Shown here in pieces: positions 63,858 through 64,000 of a stretch of 64,000 bases of DNA; position 1 is the stretch's first letter; every line of letters starts with the position of its first letter. Source of the stretch: Piromyces finnis finn (Eukaryota; Fungi; Neocallimastigomycota); the NCBI GenBank assembly GCA_002104945.1, contig MCFH01000033.1:310001-374000 (forward strand), in the 5' to 3' direction. The notes under the pieces are model-generated. The model saw only the letters and a program-made list of their open reading frames with translations, did no database searches and was not told the origin of the DNA. The translations under genes were made by a program, and so were the position numbers.

Positions 63858-64000
63858 ATTAATAACAATAAATTAAAAAAAAAGTTTTTTTTTTTTCGAT
63901 GTCTTATTTATGATGAATAAAGTAATATTCATTAAATAATATTTAATGAAAAACTACAAAACTACCCAAGATTACGAATTTTTTTAACCACCATTTTATT

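Larger units (their letters stand above)
58380..63860 (-). mobile_element. Non-LTR retrotransposon (LINE), apparently full length; both boundaries approximate
   Basis: Intact 1508-aa ORF, GC-enriched short 3' region, candidate structured 5' leader. No poly(A) tail or target site duplication identified, so the ends are inferred. Confidence 0.8.

Noticed and set aside
58320-63930. Target site duplication and poly(A) tail for the LINE
   Set aside because: Only short AT-rich matches such as TAAAGTAA, expected by chance.

Overview
Extremely AT-rich eukaryotic DNA with short GT-AG introns. Fungal-type dockerins, solute-binding-protein/7TM fusion receptors, a CBM18 array and the flagellar gene PF20 point to an anaerobic gut fungus (Neocallimastigomycota; inference). 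Left to right: (1) four head-to-tail minus-strand genes encoding a bacterial-type sugar solute-binding protein (SBP) fused to a class C GPCR-like 7TM, one of them frameshifted; (2) RPF1; (3) a block bracketed by two DUF676 lipase/esterase paralogs, holding a fifth SBP copy that lacks the 7TM and is pseudogenised, plus two intronless Cthe_2159-like beta-helix genes, one GPI-type tailed and one with three dockerins; (4) housekeeping genes FUN30/SMARCAD1, HOM2, SPAG16/PF20 and a BTG/Tob gene missing from the ORF track; (5) an accessory zone with a decayed ORF between two minisatellites, a six-domain CBM18 gene and an intact single-ORF non-LTR retrotransposon. The most unusual observations are the roughly 340 nt of contiguous hairpins and an intron signature upstream of the retrotransposon ORF, the anchor tail shared by the SBP pseudogene and its Cthe_2159-like neighbour, and the mosaic evolution of the receptor array. 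All alignments and folds were done by eye; no searches were run.
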